A stretch of 63,867 nucleotides of DNA, counting the filler, from Chiloscyllium plagiosum (Eukaryota): NCBI RefSeq assembly GCF_004010195.1. It is 4 parts of 2 records of this genome, joined end to end, with 100 filler letters (N's around TTAATTAATTAA, not from the genome) between each part and the next. Parts side by side here need not be neighbours in the genome. Positions count along the whole stretch, not along the records: positions 1 to 26,789 come from NC_057715.1; 3 more parts are not named here. One strand, written 5' to 3'. Made by a program: the position numbers and the translations under genes. The notes under the pieces are model-generated. The model searched no databases, was not told the DNA's origin, and worked only from the letters and a program-made list of their open reading frames with translations. Positions 11,530-24,490 of the stretch are shown in pieces. The first letter of the stretch is position 1, and every line of letters begins with the position of its first letter.

Positions 11530-12970
11530 TTAATGGTAGAGTGGACAATGAAGAAGGTTACCTAAATTACAAAGGGATCTTGATCAGTTGGGTCAATGGG
11601 CTGAAAAGTGGCTGGTGAAGTTTAATTTGGATAAATATAGGTATTGCATTTTGGTAAAACACACAAAGGCAATAATCATACAATTAAAAGTTGGGTAGTG
11701 TTGTTGATCAGAGAGTCCTCGGGATTCAGGTACAAAATTCTTTGAAGTTTAGGTTGGATGGTTACAAAGGTGTTTAGCATGCTTGCTTCATTGCTCATAC
11801 TTTTGAGCATAGGAGCTGGGTGTCATGGTGAGGTTAAGACCATAAGATCATAAGACCTAGGAGCGGAAGTAAGGCCATTCGGCCCATCGCCATTCAATCA
11901 TGGCTGATGGGCATTTCAACTCCACTTACCCGCATTCTCCCCGTAGCCCTTAATTCCTTGTGACATCAAGAATTTATCAATTTCTGCCTTGAAGACATTT
12001 AGCATCCCGGCCTCCACTTCACTCTGTGGCAATGAATTCCACAGGCCCACCCCTCTCTGGCTGAAGAAATGTCTCCGCATTTCTGTTCTGAATTTATCCC
12101 CTCTAATTCTAAGGCTGTGTCCACGGGTCCTAGTCTTCTCGCCTAACGTAAACAATCTCTCCAAGCCATGTATTATCTTGTAAGTTTCTATTAGATCTCC
12201 CCTTAATCTTCTAAACTCCAATGAATACAATCCCAGGATCCTCAGCCGTTCCTCGTATGTTAGATCTACCATTCCAGGGATCATCCATGTGAATCTCCGC
12301 TGGACATGCTCCAGTACCAGTATGTCCTTCCTGAGGTGTGGGAACCAAAACTGGACACAGTACTCCAAATGGGACCTAACCAGAGCTTTATAAAGTCAAA
12401 GGTTGTACAGGATGTTGGTGAGGCCTCTTCTGGAGTACTGTGTCCAGTTCTGGTCGCCCAGTTATAGGAAGGATATTATCAAACTGGAGAGGGTTCAGAA
12501 GATATTTACCAGTATGTTGCTGGTAATGGAGAGTTTGAGTTATAAGGAGAGGCTAGATAGGCTGGGGCTCTTTTCACTGGAGTGTAGCAGTTTAAGGGGT
12601 GACTTTATAGAGGTTTATAAAATCATGAGGGATATAGATAAGATGAATGGTAGGTGTCTTTTTCCTAGGGTGGGGGTTTTCAAGACTAGGGAGTGTATTT
12701 TTAAGGTGAGAGGAGAAAGATTAAAAAAAACATAAGGGGCATTTTTGTTTTTACACAGTGAGTGTTTCATGTGTGGAATGAACTTCCTGAGGAAGTGGTG
12801 AATGTGGGTACAGTTGCAATGTTTAAAAGACATTTAGGTAACTACATGAATAGGAAATGTTTGGAGGGATATGGGCCAGGAGTAGACAGGTGGGACTAGT
12901 TTAGCTTGAAATTATGGTCAGCACGGACTGGTTAGACTGAAGAGATTGCTTACAGGAGGTATGACTCTAT
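11530..12970 (+). mobile_element. CR1 LINE 3' fragment interrupted by a nested CR1
   Basis: RT C-terminal motifs on both sides of 11836-12399; tail atgactctat. Confidence 0.88.
11836..12399 (-). mobile_element. Nested CR1 3' fragment
   Basis: EYCVQFWFPHLRKDI...FFSQR on the minus strand; aggtt duplicated at both ends. Confidence 0.9.
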
Positions 12971-14869
12971 AAGTAGAAGACTAAGGAAGTCTTGGTACAG
13001 TTGTATAAGGGTTGTTGAGACCATATCTGGAATATTGTGTGCATTTTCACATGATATATATGCACTTGTGATGGGACAGAGAGATTTTACGAGATTGGTC
13101 ACTGGGAAAATGGGGATTGGAAACCCAGATGGAGTTGTGAGCTGAAATTTTGGAGTTATGAACTCTGAGGCAGGACCCTGAGCTCTGACTCAATTATATC
13201 AACTGGACAGCTGTATTCCCAAATTTACTGTTCTCACTCAGGGACATCACAACTTTCAAGCTTTGAAATTGGGCCACAGAGGGAAAGATTTGACAAGTTC
13301 TGTCCAATAGTGACAATGCCAAATGTGAAATAGCTAGAAATAAAGACCATTCATAACTTAGAAAAACACTGGCATTGTCCTAACCCTCAAAAAGCCTCAA
13401 CCAACCATTACATCAGAAACAGGGGCCTCTTATTTCAGAGCAAACATCAAACCAAAGAGACAAGGATCCCTGAAAAAAAACTAGCTTATCGTAAACTCAG
13501 AGAGCTGTCAATCAAATAAAGTCAGAATTTCTCTGCATCTGTATAAACGGAGTTAATCTTTTCATAAGTCTGGGCCCTCACCCAATTTACAACAGGGCAT
13601 GAGTTGGCATTAAATTGGCAAGGAAGGTGCATGAGGATCATAGATATTATCACTTTTTGCAAGGTTTCTGAATTAAAACTGTGTTGCATGAGTCCTCTGA
13701 ACAAGACATGGAGAGGGTGGTGTTGGAAGATGTCATATTTTTACTGATGCGGGAGGTGGGTGCCACTGGCTGGGCAGCATTTATTGTTCCTCCCTCTTTG
13801 CCTTTAAAAGGTGATGGTAAGCAGCATGTTGAGAGGATGTTTCCTACAGGCCGGGAATCTGGAAAGCAGGGGTACAAACCCACACTAAAAGGGCAATCAT
13901 TTCCATTGAAATGAGAAATGGCTTCATTCAGAGGGTTTTCAATTTTCTCTCTCAGAAGTTTGTGGGTCCTCCACGGCTGAATGTGTTTAGTGCTGAGATA
14001 GACAGATTCCTGGTCTCATGGAATCTTGGGACAGTGGGAGTGGGCGAGAAAGTGGAGCCGAACCCAAAAGTCAGCCCTGATGGTCCTGAATAGTGGAGTA
14101 GGTTTGATGAATATTTATTAATAAAGGAATCAAGGGCTACAGAGAGAAATCAAGAGAATCAAGTTGAGAAAGATATTAGCCATGATTGAATAGCATAGTC
14201 AAATGGCCTAATTCTGATTCTATATCTTATGGTCTTATGCAGGAAGAGGCTGAATGGCCTCTTTCTGCTCCTATTTCCTGTGTTAAAAAGAGAGAGCCAA
14301 CAATCTGGTCAGATCCACATTGAAGTAACCTGAACACAGCTGAGAACTATTGAGAGTCTACTTGTATCCTTGGGTCAGGGGTCAGAAAATTACCTTTCAA
14401 CTTCTGGCAACTGGGGTCAGGCTCAGCGCCATATAAAGGCGCTGTATCCTCTTCAGTCAGGAATGGTCCAAGTCTGATTGGAATTTTTTGGGTGACAGAA
14501 TAATGTTGGAAAACCTATTTGCAGGTGTGAGACCTGGTAAAGGCCAGTGATATAAAGATTCTGAAGCGTCAAATACCATAAATCAGCAATAAAATTTACT
14601 TTATATCCAGATACCAGAGCTCACGTGTTTCCACTCGCAGAGCGTCGTTCTAACGGTGTCGCGAGTTTGGCCTATTCAAAAGATTTCAGGGCAACTGGTG
14701 TTCCAAACAATAGATTGCAATAACAAAAATGACTGTGTATCGAATGCATTTGGCTTCATAGAGGTCCCAGTAAAGAAATAGAGTCATAGAATCATTTTAG
14801 GTGCTAAATAGATTCCTTGCTCTTGGCTAGAATTCATGAAGTGAAGGTACTGGTGTTGGACTAAGGTGG

Positions 14870-15043
14870 ACAAAGTCTGAAGTCACATGACACCAGGTTA
14901 TAGTCCGGCAGGTTTATTTGAGACCACGAGCTTTTGGAGCGTTACTCCTTTGTCACCTGATGAAGGAGCAGCACTCCAAAAGCTTGTGATTTCAGATAGA
15001 CCTGTTGGACTATAACCTGATGTCATGTGACTTCTGACTTTGT
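14870..15043. mobile_element. Palindromic Penelope-tail element with hammerhead-like cores
   Basis: ~85-bp imperfect inverted arms centred at ~14956; core ctgatgaa-ggag-cagca-ctcc-aaaa; same family at 25043-25160. Confidence 0.75.
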
Positions 15044-15392
15044 TTGAAATTGGTGAGGGTAATTCTGGATGACTGGCTGTGACTCAGAGAGAAGGGAACA
15101 AGCCATCCAGTCCTCATTATTAGACACTTATGGTGTCAGTCCATGACTAAACAGTGCCCACTGATTGAATCTGGCCCATAAGGCTCTGAATTGGCCTGTT
15201 GTCTATAATGAGAAAAGAGGATTCCCTCTGATGATGACATTATGGCACAGGAAGTCGCAGTTCCCTTGACCTCTGACCCAAGGAGAATCAGTGCTATTTG
15301 ACTGTAAAACACATGATTCACAACGGGAAGGGAGGAAGATGAGGAAAGTTGGAAGAGCTGGAAGTTGTGGTGACATTAGCGTTATTCCTTAC

Positions 15393-15495
15393 CTCTGCCA
15401 GTTCATCCAGCTTGTGTTTCAGGTTGTCTATGTACTTCATGTATTCCTCAGCTTCTTTATACAATTGCTGGATCTTATCCAAACCCAGTCCCATC
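15393..15495 (-). CDS. DNHD1: DNHD1-like exon (start of stalk CC1)
   Basis: tttacag|G ATG...GAG|gtaagg, 103 bp, phase 2/0. (R)MGLGLDKIQQLYKEAEEYMKYIDNLKHKLDELAE matches the dynein R-x-x-x-GL-x-K motif. Confidence 0.87.
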
Positions 15496-16394
15496 CTGTA
15501 AATCACACTCAGAATCTTTAATATTCTCACAGAGCTTTTCCAGACACAATACGGCCATTTGGCCCACTGAATGTGTGTCAGCAATCTGGAGGGCTATCCC
15601 TTAGCCCCATTCACATCTTAAACTTTTCAAATAGCTATACATTTCCTTTCTATAAATGACTAGATTCCACACTCCTTTGTTTCAAGTCACATTACCCTGG
15701 ATTTATAATCAACCAAATCTCTTCTCCTAATTTCATCATTTTAAAAGATTCTCTCATGGGAGGTGGACCAACAGTTATCGCCCTGTCCCTAGTTGCCCCT
15801 TGAGATGGTGGGAGTGAGCTGCCTTTTTGAACCGCTGCAGTCCATATGCTGTAGGGATTTTGACCCAGCAATAGTGAAGGATATTTCCGAGTCAGGATGA
15901 TAAGTAGTTTGGAGGGGAACTTGCAGGAGGTGGTGTTCCCAAATATATGTGGCTTTGGTGGTGATTTAAAATTCTTGCCTCAAGTCTACAACTACCTAAC
16001 AAAGGAATGGTTTGGTTTTCCAATTTTGCATTTAGCATAACCTCTCATTTTCTGAGTTACCCTAAACCTTCTTTGTTCTGACCAAATTCTGATCACTGTT
16101 CCTTCACTATTGCTGGGTCAAAACCTTGGAATTCCCTCCCTAAGGGCATTGTGGGCCTACCCACAGCACATGGATGCAGTATTTCAAGAAGGCAGCTCAC
16201 CCCATCCTTCCCAAGGACAACTATGGTTGGACAATAATTGCTGGTCTAGCCAGTGATGCCCACATCCCATGAATGAATTTAAAATGACTTCTTCAAGTTC
16301 AATCATCTCTATGTCTTCATTTAAAAATAGATTCAATGTGTATAGGTGTTGTATAGTACACAAAAGGCCTTTCAGCCCATCAAGTCTGTACCAC

Positions 16395-17440
16395 CAGCTC
16401 GAATTCCATTTGCAAATTTGCTGATGACACCACTGTAATGGGTCAGATCTCAAAAAACGATGAGAGGGAGTACAGGAAAGAGATAGAGAGCTTAATGGCA
16501 TGGTGTAAAGTCAACAATCTCTCCCTCAATGTCAGCAAAATGAAGGAGTTGGTTATCAACTTCAGGAAATGGAGTGGAGGACACGCTTCTGTCTGCATCA
16601 ATGGTGTTGAGGTGGATGTGGTCAAGAGCTTCAAGTTCCTGGCAGTAAGTATCACCATCAATCTGTCCTGGTCTATCTATGTTGATTATACAGTCAAGAA
16701 AGCACACCAATTCATTGTTGCAACCAGTTCATTAAATATGTTCACAAGGGAGCTGGATGTGGCCCTTGTGGCTAAAGGGATCAAGGGATATGGAGAGAAA
16801 GCGGGAATGGGACACTGTGATTGCATGATCACATGATCATATTGAATGGTGGTGTAGGCTCAAAAGACAGAATGGCCTACTCCTGCATCTTTTTTCTATG
16901 TTTTTGTGCCTCTATCTCTTCTGAAGGCTAAGAAATTTCAGCATGTCAGCAAAGATTCTTACCAATTTTTATAGATACACCATAGGAAGCATCCCACCCA
17001 GATGCATTACCGTTGGTATGGCAACTGCTCTGCCCAGGAGCACTAGAAATTACAGAGAGTCACGAACACAGCCCAGTCCATCCCACAAACCAGCCTACCA
17101 TCCATTGGCTCTGTGTACACTTCCTGCTGCCTCAGAAAAACAGCCAACGTCATTAAAGAACCCTCCCCACCCCAGTTATACTCTCTTTCATCTGGCAGAA
17201 GACATAAAGGTTTGAAAATACCTAACAGAGTCAAGAATTGCTTCCTCCCAGCTGTTATCAGACTTATGAATGGACCTCTTATACATTAGAGTTGGGCTTT
17301 CTCTGCACCTTCTCTGTAGCTGTAACACTATATTCTGCATTCTGTTCTATTACCCTGATGTACTTAGGTAAGGAATGACTTGTCTCGATAGCATGCAATA
17401 CAATACTTTTTAACATGTGACAATAATAAACCAAATCAAA
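16395..17440 (+). mobile_element. Rex1/Babar-like LINE 3' fragment, with a CR1 tail inserted at ~16715-16905
   Basis: KFADDTTVMGQISKNDEREYRKEIESLMAWCKVNNLSLNVSK.KELVINFRK; tail aataataaaccaaatcaaatc. Confidence 0.75.
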
Positions 17441-18459
17441 TCACCAAAAATATACCCTTTACACCACTCCTACTTCCCAGCACTAGGCCCATAACCTTGA
17501 TTTTATGACATTTCAAATGCTCAACTGAGTACATTTTAATGGTTGTTAGATTACCCATCTCCACTATTGTCCCAGGCAATGCATTCCAGACCCCACCATC
17601 AGAAGGAGAAAAATCTTTGCCTCAAATCTCCTCTCCAACACTTGCATTTTATTTTCAAATGATGCCCTTGGGGCCAGCATTCATTGCAGGCCCTGAATTC
17701 CCTGGAAGGCTGTTCACAATCAACCACATCACTGTGGGTCTGGAGTCATATGTAGACTAGACCAGGGAACAATGGCAGATATCCCTCCCTGAAGGGCATT
17801 AGTGAACCCGATGAGTTTTTAACAACAATCAGAAACAGCTACATGGTCATTATTTGGCTAGCTTTTAAAATTTCAGTCTTTCATTGAATTCAAATTGCAG
17901 CGCTGCGAGGGTAAGGTTCGAACACACGCCCCAAACCATTAGCCTGGGCTTAGGATTAGTATCAAGATTAGAGTGGTGCTGGAAAAGCACAGCAGGTCAG
18001 GCAGCATCCGAGGAGCAGGAAAAACCAATGTTTCGGGCAAAAGCCACTTTCACTCAGGAATAATGGCCCAGTGACATTACCACAATGCCATTATCTCTCC
18101 TCAAGCCTTCTGGCCTGAAGTGAATTCATCACTGCCATCAAACATCCTCCATTTCCTTAACTTCATGTTACTCTAACCCCTTCCCAACTGCCAACCCAAT
18201 TCCTTCTCTTAGGTCCCTGTTCCCCAATATATTCTGATTCTCGTAATCACTGTTGTCTTCTTAATTCCCTCATCTCCATCCATTAATCCCTGTATTCCCT
18301 AATATTGCTTGATCTGATTATAGCATATTGCCCTAATTCCAATCCAATTCCCCTTGTCCCTAATCTCCAGCCCTATCCTGTCCTGGCTCTTGCTGCAATC
18401 TCCTACTCCCTGTTCATTATACAGAAATCACCTTCAGGATGACGGTGGGAATAACTCAC

Positions 18460-18661
18460 CTCTCACTTTCCAAACCCACACATTGATCCAGGTTATGGGT
18501 TAGCATCCAGAAGAGGTCAATGAAATCTAAGTAGTGACGTGGGGAAATGAGAGGCACAGTGGGGAGCACATGGTTCAAGTAGCTCAGAGCTGATTGGTGA
18601 ATTAAAGCCATGACATTGGTGATTTCTGGAATCATTGTCCAAATTTGAGCGACTGATTGAC
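18460..18661 (-). CDS. DNHD1: DNHD1-like exon (AAA4 small subdomain)
   Basis: ctttag|GT...AG|gtgagt, 202 bp, phase 1/2. IPEITNVMALIHQSA...VPLISPRHYLDFIDLF resembles the dynein TPxxYLDF motif. Confidence 0.87.
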
Positions 18662-18885
18662 CTAAAGCAAGAGGACACAATACCATCAGTGTGTGGAGTC
18701 AGTCAATGCAGTCAGTCAAACACATAACACTATGTCGCAGCTATAAGACCACTGCAGATTCAACAACCTACATTTACATAGGACCTTCCATTATCACAAG
18801 ACTTTAGTAACTGATGCAATAGTGTGTATTGGGGACTCTTAGCTCGGTCACAGAAGGCAGAGAAAGCCTTAGTTTAATGTTGCCT

Positions 18886-19132
18886 CAGCACTGATCCTCC
18901 AACAGTGTGGGACTCTCTCAATATTGATCATTCAACAGTGCCACACTTGCTCAGTACTGACCCTCCGACAGTGCGGCACTCCCTCCGTACTGACCCTCTG
19001 ACAGTGCGGCACTCCCTCAGTGCTGACCCTCCGACAGTGCGTCACTCCCTCCGTACTGACCCTCCGACAGTGCGTCACTCCCTCCGTACTGACTCTCCGA
19101 CAGTGCAGCATTCCCTCAGCACTGACCCTCTG
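18886..19132. repeat. 33-bp minisatellite (cactgaccctccgacagtgcggcactccctcag)
   Basis: About 7 tandem units visible. Confidence 0.9.
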
Positions 19133-19264
19133 GCATTACATTCTTTCTCTTTGCTTAAAATCTAAAGATGGGAACAACCTGGGAAAAGAGATCAGATCCT
19201 CTTTTAAGTTATCTGTATTTTCAAAGCTGTTATTTTGTTCACATTATCTTTGGTGAGGATCCAT

Positions 19265-20447
19265 CCCTGATTTGTTACATTTCTTTGAGAAAGTGACAAA
19301 GTTGATTGATGAGGGCAGGTTTGTAGATGTGATACACTGTACATGGACTTCAACAAGACATTTGATACGGTTCCCCATGTTGGGCTGATGGAGAAAGTGA
19401 AGTTGCATGGGGTCCAGGTTGTGCTAGCTAGATGGATAGAGAACTGGCTGGGCAACAGGGGACAAAGAATAGTAGTTGAAGGTAATTTCTCAAAATGGAA
19501 AACTACAAGGATCTGGATCTGGAGGAAAGTATAGGTGGTCTGATTAGCAAGTTTGCAGATGACACTAAGATTGGTGGAGTAGCAGATAGTGAAGGGGACT
19601 GTCAGATAATGCAGTAGAATATAGATAGATTGGAGAACTGGGAAGAGAAATGGCAGATGGGAGTCCAATCCAGACAAATGCGAGGTAATGGATCTTGAAG
19701 ATCCAATTCAAGAGCGAACTATATAGCAAATGGAAAAGCCCTGTGAAAATGGATGTACAGAGAGGTCTGGGTGTTCAGGTCCTTTGTTCCCTGAAGGTGG
19801 CAACCAGGTTGATAGAGTGGTCAAGGTGGCATATGGCAAGCTTTCCTTCATTGGATGGAGTATTGGGTAAAAGAGTTGGAAGGTCATGTTACAATTGTAT
19901 GTGACTTTGATTCAGTCACATTTGGAACACTGTGTATAGTTCTGGTCGCCACATTACCAAAAGGATGTGGATGCTTTGGAGAGGGTGCAGAGTAGGTTCA
20001 CCAGGATGTTGCCTGGTATGGAGGGTGCTAACTATGAAGAGAGATGGAGTTGATTATGATTATTTTCATTAGAAAGACGGAAGTTGAAGAGGGACCTGAT
20101 TAAGGTCTACAAAACCATGTAGACAGGGTGGATAGCAAGAAACATTTTCCCAGAATGGAGGACTCAATTACTAGGGGTCACGAGTTCAAGATGCGAGGGG
20201 AAAGGTTTAGGGGAGATATGTGTGGAAAGTTCTTTATGCAGTGGGTGGTGGGTGCCTGGAATGCATTGCCAGTGGAGGTGGTAGGGGAACGATAACATCA
20301 TTTAAGATGTGTCTAGACAGATACATGAATGGGCAGGGAGTAAAAGAATACAAACTCTTAGAAAATAGGCGCAGGTTTAGATAGAGGATCTGGATCGGCG
20401 TAGGATGGAGGGCTGAAGGGTCTGTTCCTGTGCTGTAATGTTCTTTG
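19265..20447 (+). mobile_element. CR1 LINE 3' half, degenerate
   Basis: MDFNKTFDTVPH, KFADDTKIGG, stem-loop tail. Confidence 0.88.
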
Positions 20448-20877
20448 CTCTTTGGGGGGTATCTGCAAAGTATTTTTCAACATGAAGTTTTCAACATGTT
20501 GTTTTTGATAGCCACTGTACTGTTCCTTACAGACTCGTTTACTGTATTTCACCTTGTCTGCTTGGTCATCCTTTGCTTTGTCTTTTCCATTCACTGGAAC
20601 CTGGTGTTATTTTAGATTTATCTGCTGTTTGTTTTAGTTTTCTTGTTGTCTCTTCATTTGTTCCTTACCTGTCTTTTTTAAAAGGAGAGTTTACATGTTG
20701 AAGTGGCTCCTGTTCTTTGACCCCCTCACTCTGATCTCTTGCTGTTGATCCCCAGGAACAGATTTGTTCAGTGTACAATGGACAGTCTGGGTGGAATCTT
20801 GTGGATCGAGCCCGGCTCCTGTGGGTTCAGGCAATAGCTGGGCTCTCACCTCAATTCTACCAGTGACACCACATACA

Positions 20878-21972
20878 CCGAGCTGGGAACTTGTGTTGCA
20901 GACGTTTCGTCCCCTGTCAAGGTGACATCCTCAGTGCTTGGGAGCCTCCTGTGAAGCGCTTCTGTGATCTTTCCTTCAGCATTTGTAGTGGTTTGTCTCT
21001 GCTGCTTCCGATTGTCAGTTCCAGCTGTCCGTTGCAGTGACCAGTATATTGAGTCCAGATCGATGAGCTTATTGATTGAATCTGTGGATGAGTGCCATGC
21101 CTCTAGGAATTCCCTGGCTGTTCTCTGTTTGGCTTGTCCTATAATAGTAGTGTGGTCCCAGTCAAATTCATGTTGCTTGTCATCTGCATGTGTGGCTACT
21201 AAGGATAGCTGGTCGAGTCGTTTCATGGCTAGTTGGTGTTCATGGATGCGGATCGTTAGCTGTCTTCCTGTTTGTCCTATGTAGTGTTTTGTGCAGTCCT
21301 TGCATGGGATTTTGTACACTACATTGATTTTGCTCATGCTGGGTATCGGGTCCTTCATTCTGGTGAGTTGTTGTCTGAGAGTGGCTGTTAGTTTGTGTGC
21401 TTCGGCGAATAGACCAACAACAACGAGCACCCGAGCTACAAATCTTCNNNNNNNNNNNNNNNNNNNNNNNNNNNNNNNNNNNNNNNNNNNNNNNNNNNNN
21501 NNNNNNNNNNNNNNNNNNNNNNNNNNNNNNNNNNNNNNNNNNNNNNNNNNNNNNNNNNNNNNNNNNNNNNNNNNNNNNNNNNNNNNNNNNNNNNNNNNNN
21601 NNNNNNNNNNNNNNNNNNNNNNNNNNNNNNNNNNNNNNNNNNNNNNNNNNNNNNNNNNNNNNNNNNNNNNNNNNNNNNNNNNNNNNNNNNNNNNNNNNNN
21701 NNNNNNNNNNNNNNNNNNNNNNNNNNNNNNNNNNNNNNNNNNNNNNNNNNNNNNNNNNNNNNNNNNNNNNNNNNNNNNNNNNNNNNAAGCGGCAGAGACA
21801 AACCACAATAAATGCCGGAGGAAACATCACAGAAGTGCTTCACAGGAGGCTCCCAAGCACTGAGGATGTCACCTAGACAGGGGACAAAACGTCTGCAACA
21901 CAAATTCCCAGCTCGGCGAACAGAACCACAACAACGAGCACCCGAGCTACAAATCTTCTCACAAACTTTGAT
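20878..21972 (-). mobile_element. Penelope-like element with GIY-YIG fragment and inverted terminal copy
   Basis: NVVYKIPCKDCTKHYIGQTGRQLTIRIHEH (GIY-YIG); inverted copy of the terminal repeat at 21787-21972; caccacataca duplicated at 20867 and 21973; internal N gap. Confidence 0.9.
20898..20937 (-). ncRNA. Minimal hammerhead ribozyme motif (second Penelope family)
   Basis: Minus strand GCA-CUGAGGA-U-GUCACCU(UGAC)AGGGGAC-GAAAC-GUC-UGC; mutated inverted copy at 21857-21896. Confidence 0.7.
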
Positions 21973-23716
21973 CACCACATACAGTTTCTACAGGTAAGGT
22001 TTTGCTACATCTGTACAACGCATCAGTCAGACCACAGATGGAATACTGTGACTAGTTTTGGTTCCCTTATCTCAGGAATGATACACTGGCATCGTAGTCA
22101 GTCCAGAGAATGTTCAGGCAGCTGATCCCAGGAAGGATTGTCTTATGGAGGAGACAATCAGTAGATTGGGCCTGTGCTCATTGGAGTTTGGAAAAATAAG
22201 ACGAGACTTTATTGAAACATTGCAGCCTCTTAGGGGACTTGCCAAGTAGACACATAAATGTTGCTCCCCCTTGTGGGAGAGCGTAGGTGCAGAGGGGATC
22301 ATCTCAGAATAAGGGGCATCAATTCACGACAAAAATGAGGAGGAATTTGTTCGCTCAGAGGGGAGTGAATCTGTGGAATTCTTTACTGAAAAGGGTTGCT
22401 GAGGCTGGCTCATTAAGTATATTCAAGGATGAGACAGACAGATTTTTAATCAGTAAGGGAATCAATGGTTACGGTGAAAAGGCAGAAGAGTGGAGTTGAG
22501 GATTATCAAATTAGCTAGAACTTTATTGAATGTCAGAGCAGATGTAATGGGCTGATTTGCCATTTCTGTTTCCATGTCTTATAGTAACTGGGCTGAGTAG
22601 GGAAGGCAGGGAAAGAAGCTGGATGGTCATTATTTTATTGGAATAGGCAGGAGGTGGCTCTAACAAACCAAGTGAGCTCAGAGAGGTGAACAGAGGAGTC
22701 AGCAGAGATTCTGGTGAAAGATGTGAGTTTTGGACTGGGGTGGGGAAGTGGGAGAATGAGATACAGTGTAGTCCAGTGAGTTAATGGATGGCAGGCCCTG
22801 AGGCAGACTCATAGGAACAGAAAGATTCCATTTAGTCCCTTGAACCTGTTCCACTGCTGATTGATCTCCAGTGAAACATCATCTACATGACTTGATGGAA
22901 ACCTATAAGATTATGAAATGCATAGATAGGGTTGACGGTCAGAATATTTTGCCAGTGTTGAAATGTCTAACACCACGGGATATGCATTTAAGATGACGGG
23001 GGGAAGTTCAAAGGAGATGTGAGGAGCAGGCTTTCTACACAGAGAGTGGTAGGAGTCTGGAATAAACTGCCAGGGGTGGTGGTAAAGGCAGATATGATAG
23101 GGAAGTTTCAGGGACTTTTAGATAAACACATGATTATGCAAGTAATGGAGGGATATGGACCAATGGCAGGCAGAAGGGATTAGTTTAATTTGACGTCATG
23201 TTCGACACAACATGGTGGACTGAAGGGCCAGTTCCTGTGCTGCACTGTTTTATCTTCTATATCCTGATTTTGTGACTCTTTACCATGCTGTGTAAGTCAC
23301 ACCTATCACCCTCAGTGTTTACATTTCCATTGAACCCCAGCACCAACAGTTTTCTTGAGCAGTGAATTCTCAGGTTTGAAGGTTCTGACCCCTCCTTTCC
23401 TCTAGACTCCTCCCTACCATAAGGAGAGGGAGCACTTTCTCTTCACTGACTCCATAGGGTCCTTGGATCACTTTCAAGACCTCAATTAGATCATCGTTTA
23501 ATTTTCAACACTCCAGGGATTACAAGGTGGGTCTGTGAGACCCACTCTCAGGATGCAATACTTTTTTCCTGAGATTATTCTTCTCCCTCTCTGAGACTGA
23601 CAGCGCCTTCTGAGATGTGGGCTGTGGATCTGAGCCCAGTGACTGTGAGGACTGAGCCTGAGATACCCCTGTTCCCTGACCCCTGATCCTGAAGCTGAGG
23701 TGCCAGTCATACTGAC

Positions 23717-23943
23717 CGTTGATCCTGTTGATTGTTGAGAGGTTGCTAACTCCGAGTTGTGAGCTGGCAATCTGGGTGTAAGCTTGGTGTGGCCAAGGCT
23801 GCCACACATCGATGCAGCTACAGTGCAGGAGGAAGTGAGCCAGGTATCCAGGGAGGCCAACCCTCTGTCCGGGCATGTAGGCACTATCCCATGTGTTCAA
23901 CAGCAACACCACATGGAGTGACTGCAATACAGCCAAGAGAAAC
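23717..23943 (-). CDS. DNHD1: DNHD1-like exon (end of AAA4)
   Basis: ggtacag|G TTT... (R)FLLAVLQSLHVVLLL...CSCIDVWQPWPHQAYTQIA matches dynein NLHVVL / C-x-IDW-x-x-WP. Donor AAC G|gtcagt chosen for phase-1 compatibility, so the 3' boundary is less certain. Confidence 0.8.
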
Positions 23944-24360
23944 CTGTACCAGAGGGACACACAGAAAGAGTCAGCTAGAGAAAAGGATGGTATGAGGTGG
24001 GGAGAGGGAGGGAAAATAATGGAGCAGCATGAGGTGCTGGGGGAAATAAGGAGGCAATGTAGGGTAGGGACAGCATGGATGAATAGTTGTACATTACTGG
24101 GTCACAATGAGTTTATCAGGTGATTGCTTGAAACTGGAAAGTCAAATTGTTAAAGGGATATTTGCTGTTTACAAAACAAAAATCATTAGTGATTTTGGAA
24201 AACAGCACCGAGCAAACTTTAGAGTGAGGTAAGGGCAGACTTTTATTGCTTTAATTGTTGCACAGACAGACCTGATAAATCTGGATTACTCTACACTGCC
24301 AATGCTTAGCTACAGTCTCTGGACTGAGATATGTTACTGGAGATGATTCCACTCAGTCCA

Positions 24361-24490
24361 TGTATATGTGTGTGTGTGTGTGTCAGTCCATGTATGTGTG
24401 TGTGTCAGTCCATGTATATGTGTGTGTGCGCGCGCGTGCTGTGTGCGTGTGTGCGCGCGTGTGCCGTGTGTGCGTGTGTGTGTGTGTGTG
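24361..24490. repeat. (TG)n/(CG) microsatellite
   Basis: Direct observation. Confidence 0.9.

Noticed and set aside
14394..14514. Additional coding exon of the dynein gene
   Set aside because: 121 bp with phase 0/1 would frameshift between phase-0 neighbours, which already join cleanly.
23520..23716. Extension of the 23943 exon to the end of its ORF
   Set aside because: The downstream part is low-complexity and the distal donor is phase 0, incompatible with the phase-1 next exon.
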